Source of the DNA: Ostreococcus lucimarinus
Lineage: Eukaryota
DNA: 64,000 bases
Direction: 5' to 3' (one strand)
Assembly: GCA_000092065.1 (NCBI GenBank)
Contig: CP000582.1
Part shown: in pieces, positions 58,528-64,000 of the stretch
How the letters are laid out: each line of letters begins with the position of its first letter
Numbering within the stretch: the stretch's first letter is position 1
Position numbers and translations under genes: made by a program
The notes under the pieces: generated by a model
Database searches by the model: none
What the model saw: only the letters and a program-made list of their open reading frames with translations
Told to the model about the DNA's origin: nothing

Positions 58528-59808
58528 ATGCGCGAGCTCCGCGTGAAACACCAAAACTACGCGTGGGGCGCGCGCGGGTCGAGCGCCGTGCGCGCGCTCG
58601 CCCTCGCGAACGCGCAGCGTCACGACGACGCGCGTCCCGAAGACTTCGACGACTCGACGCCGTTCGCCGAGCTCTGGTGCGGCACGCACGCGTCTGGAAT
58701 GTCCGACGTCGTCGGGGAAGACGGCGCGCGAACGCCTTTGATCGAGCACGTGAAAAGCGCGGCGAACGCGACGCTCGGAGAGCGCGCGGTGGCGCGATTC
58801 GGGGACGACGTGCCGTTTTTGATGAAAATGCTCAGCGTCGCGCGGGCGCTGAGCGTGCAGGCGCATCCGGACAAGGCGCTGGCGGTGAAATTGCACGAGA
58901 GTAATCCGGAGGCGTATAAAGACGATAATCATAAGCCCGAGATGGCGCTGTGCGTGAGCGAGACGTTTGAGGCGATGAGCGGGTTCGCGAACGCCGACGC
59001 GGTTTTAACGGCGACGAGGAGACACGAGGAGTTCGGAAGAGTGATAGGGGATGATGATGCGATCGAAGCGTTGCGAAAAGCGGTAGAGAGTGGGCAGAGT
59101 AATGAGAGTGCTGCGTTGCGCGACGCGTTCAAGCGCGTGTTCACGGCGTTGATGACGGCGGAGAAGGGAAAAGTGGAGACGGAGCTGCGCGCGATGGAGG
59201 CGCGCGTGCGCGACGAAGGGACGACGGCGACGTCGTCGTCGAGCGTGGAATCGTTGTTTCTGCGGTTATGCGAACAGTATCCAGGTGACGTCGGCGCGTT
59301 TTGCGCGTTCGTGTTGAATTACGTCACCCTGCGCCCCGGGGAGGCGATTTACATGGCGGCGAACGAGCCGCACGCCTACCTCTCGGGCGATTGCGTCGAA
59401 GTCATGGCGACGAGCGATAACGTCGTGCGCGCCGGGTTGACCCCTAAATTTCGCGACGTCCAAGTGCTGTGCGACATGCTGACGTACAAGCTCGGCGCTC
59501 CCGAGATATTGACGGGCGACGTCGTCGACGCGTGCACGCGACGATACGTCCCGCCGTTCGACGAGTTCCTCCTCGACGTCGTCACCGTCTCTCGAGGCAC
59601 CGCGTACGGCGTCGTCGCCAAATCCGGTCCGAGCGTTTGGATCGTCCATCGCGGTTCGTGCGCGTTCGCGTCCGCGAAGGATTCCAAAACATTCGCCGCC
59701 GAGCCCGGCGCCGTGTTCTTCGTCGACGCCGACGAGGAGTGCGGCGTCGTCGTCCCCGACGCCGCCACCGACGATTTCGTCGCCTTCGTCGCGACGACCA
59801 ACATTTGA
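58528..59808 (+). CDS. PMI: Mannose-6-phosphate isomerase, type I (PMI)
   Basis: 426 aa from ATG 58528. PMI signatures are NYAWG, ELWCGTH, PFLMKMLSVARALSVQAHPDK, NHKPEMALCVSETFEAMSGF and LNYVTLRPGEAIYMAANEPHAYLSGDCVEVMATSDNVVRAGLTPKFRDV. Confidence 0.9.
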   Translation: MRELRVKHQNYAWGARGSSAVRALALANAQRHDDARPEDFDDSTPFAELWCGTHASGMSDVVGEDGARTPLIEHVKSAANATLGERAVARFGDDVPFLMKMLSVARALSVQAHPDKALAVKLHESNPEAYKDDNHKPEMALCVSETFEAMSGFANADAVLTATRRHEEFGRVIGDDDAIEALRKAVESGQSNESAALRDAFKRVFTALMTAEKGKVETELRAMEARVRDEGTTATSSSSVESLFLRLCEQYPGDVGAFCAFVLNYVTLRPGEAIYMAANEPHAYLSGDCVEVMATSDNVVRAGLTPKFRDVQVLCDMLTYKLGAPEILTGDVVDACTRRYVPPFDEFLLDVVTVSRGTAYGVVAKSGPSVWIVHRGSCAFASAKDSKTFAAEPGAVFFVDADEECGVVVPDAATDDFVAFVATTNI

Positions 59809-59975
59809 CCGACGTGATGATACTATTTCCTTTCGTCTCGCGCGTCGTTCTCTCGCCGGTCGATCCTCGTTCGGTTCGCGTTCGCGTTCGCGTTCCGCCT
59901 CCTTCTCCCGCGTCTCCCCTCGTCTTCGCCGCACTCTCCGTCGCGCCGCGCGCGCTCGCCCGCGCGAAGGATTCC

Positions 59976-60653
59976 ATGTCCTCTCGCGCGTCTTCCTCGC
60001 GCGCGCGCGCGCTCGGCAGAGACGCCTTGGCGCTGACGCTCGACATGTTTCGCGGCGCGCGACGCCGGACCAACAAGAGCGCGCTCGATCGCGCCCGCGA
60101 GCTCGTCGCGCGCGGCGTCATCGACGAGCCGGCGTGGATGGACGCCGCGCGCGCGTCGGCACCGAGCCCGCGGCCGTTCAGGGCGCGCAAGCCGCCCGCG
60201 ATCGCGCTCGAGACGGATCATCTGATTCGAGGGTATTACAAGCGCGAGCCCGCGGCGGCGTTCGACGCGATCGATTGCGGCACGACGCCGGAGCGCGGCG
60301 ACGCGCGCGCGCATCACGCGCAAAAATTCGCGCTGCGACAGCTGGAGGTGATGCGGACGAAAAAGATGAACGAGCGAGAGGCGCTGCGAATCGTCGAGGC
60401 GGAGCGAGACGCCGAGCGAGACGCGTACGCGCGCGCGGCGAGAGAGGGACGGCCGCTCGACGAGGGCGAGCGCGCGCTCACGGCGCCGGGCGAGGGATCG
60501 GACGTGGAATTCGGAAGCGAGATCGAGCGAATTCAAGCGACGGAGGAGGCGGAGTGGAGCGCGCGCGTCGAGGCGGCGAGACGCGCGGCGGGCGAACGCG
60601 CCGACGGCGCCGCGCCGACGGCGCAGATTCCCAGGCGTCGTCGCGGCGCGTGA
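59976..60653 (+). CDS. Hypothetical protein (225 aa)
   Basis: ATG at 59976. The sequence looks globular (DHLIRGYYKREPAAAFDAIDCGTTPERGD...) and is followed by a Glu/Arg-rich helical tail. No family could be assigned by eye. Confidence 0.45.
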   Translation: MSSRASSSRARALGRDALALTLDMFRGARRRTNKSALDRARELVARGVIDEPAWMDAARASAPSPRPFRARKPPAIALETDHLIRGYYKREPAAAFDAIDCGTTPERGDARAHHAQKFALRQLEVMRTKKMNEREALRIVEAERDAERDAYARAAREGRPLDEGERALTAPGEGSDVEFGSEIERIQATEEAEWSARVEAARRAAGERADGAAPTAQIPRRRRGA

Positions 60654-60871
60654 ACTTAGCTCGCGATTTTATTTCTTTGTCATAGCTATTCGGTTAGTCG
60701 TTCGCTCGCGCGTCGATTCGCGCGCGTCGGCGCGTTCGGGCGTCGTCGCGCGCTCGCTCGCGGCTCGGGCGGAAGCGCGGCGACGCCGACGGCGCGATCC
60801 GCACACGCGCGCGCGCCGCTCGGGTCGACGCCGCGTCGCTCGGCGAGATCGACGCGAACGCGCGCATCGCG

Positions 60872-62155
60872 ATGCTCGACGACGGCGACGTCGATGCGCA
60901 GCGCGCGTCCGCGCGCGAAGCCGCGCCTTTATTGCGGACGGATGAAGACGCAACCAGGGTGTTGGCGCATCCCGCGACGCGTTCGTCGCGCGCGGTGACG
61001 CTCTGGACGCTCGCGAGCGCGCTCGTCGGCGCTGGACTCTTCGCGTGCGTCGACGGGACGCGCCGCGAGGTGAAACACCGCGCCGCGCTGGGTGAAGCGT
61101 GGGAAACAGAGTGGGGCGCGCTGGACTTGGGCGAACGCGCGACGCGCGCGACGGCGGCGTTGCAAGGGAAAACCGAAGGGCACGGGCTGCCGGTGTTCTT
61201 GCACATCCCGAAGGCCGGTGGAACGACGATCGAAACCGCGCTGGGGGTGTTGGGAATCGATGTCGGGTATTGTCACCTCCCCGAAGCGCGCGGCACGCCG
61301 ACGCCGTACGAGACGAGTCCGACGTTTGAGAACGAGGCGTGGCACAGGCCGCCGGCGGCGTTCGTTCCGGATTCGTGGGCGATCGTGCGGAATCCGTACA
61401 GACGGTTCGCGAGCGATTTCTTGTGGGCGAAATATTTAGGGTCGGAGCCCGGGCAGTTTTGGGGGTTGAACCCAGGGTATAGCGAGCGGAACTGCGAGGC
61501 GTTTCAGAGCTACGTGAAGGATATGATCTCACCCGCCGCGTCGCCGGATGGATGGATGGATGATAAGTTCAAATGCTACAACGACGCCAAGTTCACCCTA
61601 CAGGGCATTGCTGACTGCGAGACGAAGTATCCGGGCTTTAAGATTCACCTCGGCTCGCACGTGCTACCGCAACGCATCACGACGGCGTACGCCGAACGCG
61701 TCTTCAAATTCGAGGAATGCTTCGACTCCGCGCCGGGGAAGTGCAAGGACCCGAGAAACATGATCGAGCAAGACAACATCATCGCTTTCATGCGTAATCG
61801 CTACACTCCAGCGGTGACGATCGAAGAGAAAATTAACGAATGGAACGCCGCCGTGGAGAAGCCCGATGTCATGTCGTGTTGGGCTGAATTCGACCCGGCG
61901 ATTTTACGCGTCTACGACGCCGTCTACACGCACGACTTTGCGGGATTCGGATACAACAAGATATCTCCCAAGGGCACCACCGACGGCACGTCCGTGTTCG
62001 ATAACTCGGCACACACCAATCACCACGCCGACGGCAAAACGCTCGAACAGCTCAGGTCAGAGCTTCCCGAAAACACACCCATCATGGACGTCCAGGGACC
62101 GAAGTGCGACGCGGGGGCGCCGGCCCTCGGCCGCTCGAACGATCGCGCGCGTTGA
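60872..62155 (+). CDS. Golgi-type membrane sulfotransferase (Sulfotransfer_2/3-like), paralogue 1
   Basis: An N-terminal TM anchor (VTLWTLASALVGAGLFACV) gives a type II topology. The 5'-PSB motif is LPVFLHIPKAGGTTIE and the 3'-PB-like motif is AIVRNPYRRFASDF. Confidence 0.7.
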   Translation: MLDDGDVDAQRASAREAAPLLRTDEDATRVLAHPATRSSRAVTLWTLASALVGAGLFACVDGTRREVKHRAALGEAWETEWGALDLGERATRATAALQGKTEGHGLPVFLHIPKAGGTTIETALGVLGIDVGYCHLPEARGTPTPYETSPTFENEAWHRPPAAFVPDSWAIVRNPYRRFASDFLWAKYLGSEPGQFWGLNPGYSERNCEAFQSYVKDMISPAASPDGWMDDKFKCYNDAKFTLQGIADCETKYPGFKIHLGSHVLPQRITTAYAERVFKFEECFDSAPGKCKDPRNMIEQDNIIAFMRNRYTPAVTIEEKINEWNAAVEKPDVMSCWAEFDPAILRVYDAVYTHDFAGFGYNKISPKGTTDGTSVFDNSAHTNHHADGKTLEQLRSELPENTPIMDVQGPKCDAGAPALGRSNDRAR

Positions 62156-62295
62156 GCCGTGCGTTTAAACGGACCGCGGCACTGATATCTAGTAGAATTG
62201 AAATAATCTCATTTTGTATTGCAATCGCACTCCGCGAACCCGCGAGCCTTCGTCCGCGCGCGAGCCGCCCGCACACTCGCGCGCGCGGCGCGACG

Positions 62296-63609
62296 ATGCG
62301 CGTCGGCCAAGATGAGCGCGTGAGTCTCATCCCCGAGCGCACCGCGGGCGACGACGGCGCCCCCGACGCGTCGTTCTCGTCGTCGACGCGCGCGCGCGCG
62401 TGCCTCAACACCCATCGCAGCAAGTTGACGTGGGCGTGCGTCGCCGTCGTTGTCGCGCTCGGCGCGGTGTGCGGCGTCGAGTTTAAGCTAGAGCGCGATC
62501 GCGAAATCGCGTGTCACACGCGCACGGATCGGGGGATGGGCGGACCGGGCGTGGTGCGACTGGGAGAGGGGCTGACGCCGCGCCGAGTCGGCGACTTTGG
62601 GGACGCGGCGGCGGCGGCGAAGGCGTTCCCCCTCCGTGCCGGTCACGATGATTATTCAAAGTACGACAGCGTCGCGCTGAAAGAATTAGTGATGGAACAC
62701 TTGCGCGGAAAGTGCGAAGGGAGCGGGTTACCGGTGTTCTTGCACATTCCGAAGACGGGCGGGACGACGATCGAGACGGTGCTGGGGACGTTGGGAATCG
62801 ACGTCGGGTATTGTCACAAGCGACCGTTTGAGTTCCGGAAGAAGTACATCGGGTACGAGCAGTGGCACACGCCGCCGGCGGCGGAGGTGCCGGATTCGTT
62901 CGCCATCGTGAGAAATCCTTACTCGCGAGCGCAGAGCGAATTTTTGTGGCGCATGAATTGGTTGGACAAGGCGCTCTTCCACAGCTTGAGGCCTGGATAC
63001 GACCCCGAGAATTGCAAGAAGTTTGAGAATCACATCAAGCAGCAGGTTCACGACGCCCACAAGTCCGAGTTGTCGCAGTGCTACCAAGAGGTCGAGTACA
63101 CCATCCAAGGCATGAACGAGTGCGACGGAAAGATTGCGGCGAGGTTGAACGTCGAATCGCACTGGCTCCCGCAATCCGTCACGGCGGCCAGCGCCTCGCG
63201 CTTGTTCCGCTTCGAAGAGTGCATGGGTCCAGAGGAAGGCACGTGCCCTCGTGTAAGAGGCGAAGGCGAGCAGCCCAACGTCGTGTCCTTTTTACGTTCC
63301 CGATTTCACCCCGCGGTGTCCATGGCTTCGCACGAAAACGATTGGAACGCCGCCGTGGTAAAACCCAACCTTCACGCGTGCTGGGAAAACATGAACCCCA
63401 GCGTGTTGAACGCATTCAACGCCTTCTTCAAGCACGACGTTTCAGCCTTCGGATACGAGATGGTGACCCCAGCCCACGCCCTGGACGCCCCCGACGGCGG
63501 ATTCCACTACGCTCCGGCGCTCGCGCTCGCGCCGAAAACTTTGGGCGAGATCCAAGCCGAGCTCCCGAGCGGTGACGTCGTCCAGGCCAACGTCGGTCCG
63601 CAGTGTTAA
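62296..63609 (+). CDS. Golgi-type membrane sulfotransferase (Sulfotransfer_2/3-like), paralogue 2 (tandem duplicate)
   Basis: ATG at 62296. The TM anchor is LTWACVAVVVALGAVCGV. Motifs are LPVFLHIPKTGGTTIE and AIVRNPYSRAQSEF. It shares about 50-60 % identity with paralogue 1 across the catalytic core, with collinear conserved blocks (GIDVGYCH, NEWNAAV/NDWNAAV, FGY). Confidence 0.7.
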   Translation: MRVGQDERVSLIPERTAGDDGAPDASFSSSTRARACLNTHRSKLTWACVAVVVALGAVCGVEFKLERDREIACHTRTDRGMGGPGVVRLGEGLTPRRVGDFGDAAAAAKAFPLRAGHDDYSKYDSVALKELVMEHLRGKCEGSGLPVFLHIPKTGGTTIETVLGTLGIDVGYCHKRPFEFRKKYIGYEQWHTPPAAEVPDSFAIVRNPYSRAQSEFLWRMNWLDKALFHSLRPGYDPENCKKFENHIKQQVHDAHKSELSQCYQEVEYTIQGMNECDGKIAARLNVESHWLPQSVTAASASRLFRFEECMGPEEGTCPRVRGEGEQPNVVSFLRSRFHPAVSMASHENDWNAAVVKPNLHACWENMNPSVLNAFNAFFKHDVSAFGYEMVTPAHALDAPDGGFHYAPALALAPKTLGEIQAELPSGDVVQANVGPQC

Positions 63610-64000
63610 CCCCGCGCGATGTCGATCGATCGCGCGCGACGTGCGGTCGGTAATCAACCCCAAGACATCGCAGACGTTTCCCCGTCGCCGCGCGCGCGCG
63701 CTCGAGCTCGCCGTCGTCGTCCCGACCGTCGCGCTCGACATCGCGTCGCGCGCGCCTCGCCCGAACTCGAGCTCGCGCGCGTCGCGCGCGATGCCCGTCG
63801 CCCGCGTCCTCCCCCGCGCCGCGCTCGCGTCGCTCTGGCCGCGCGGCGCGCGCGAACCGTCGCGCGCGCGTAACGACCGCGCCGCCGCCGACGATGACGC
63901 CGACGACGACGCCGCGGGACCGCCGTCGCGCGCGCGCGGCGCGCGACGACGGCGACGACCGCTTCGAGCGTCGATGAGCGCCGTCGCGGCGCCCGCGCCG

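Overview
This window is a gene-dense end of a GC-rich eukaryotic nuclear chromosome. It opens with about 29 copies of CCCTAAA, the C-strand of plant-type TTTAGGG telomere repeats, and the first gene's stop codon lies only about 300 bp inside the array. The composition (above 60 % GC, very high GC3 in genes), intergenic spacers of tens to a few hundred bp, rare short GT-AG introns, plant-type organelle-targeted proteins and an AT-less modular polyketide synthase all point to a Mamiellophyceae green alga of the Micromonas/Ostreococcus type. I cannot confirm the organism without a database.

I can support about 35 protein-coding genes. They include a PEX1-like AAA ATPase, a GT90/CAP10 glycosyltransferase, a mitochondrial carrier, TMEM184, a rhodanese–TehB-like methyltransferase fusion, fibrillin, a WD40 protein, an RSH (p)ppGpp synthetase/hydrolase, an alpha-beta-fused bacterial-type glycyl-tRNA synthetase, an LSMT-like SET-domain protein, a GNAT acetyltransferase, a beta-amylase, a patatin-like phospholipase, phosphomannose isomerase and two tandem membrane sulfotransferases. 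Several nuclear-encoded plastid translation genes are present (plastid S1, uL3, bL9), and these retain introns.

The centrepiece is a single open reading frame of about 15.4 kb (21098/21215–36616) encoding a 5133–5172 aa type I polyketide synthase. Its domain order is adenylation–ACP, then four KS-containing modules with KR, DH and ACP domains, including an ACP doublet. It has no cis acyltransferase domains and no thioesterase or reductase, and it ends in a hydrophobic C-terminal helix. Its GC/GC3 is clearly lower than that of the neighbouring genes.

Every intron I could define (six) has an extended branch-point motif, ACTGACGA, 27–40 nt upstream of the acceptor AG. Using it as a guide exposed a three-exon small gene at 9174–9951 and probable missing 5' exons for bL9 and the WD40 gene.

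No rRNA, tRNA, CRISPR array or transposable element could be supported by eye. Many long antisense Arg/Ala-rich ORFs in the six-frame track are GC-composition artefacts.
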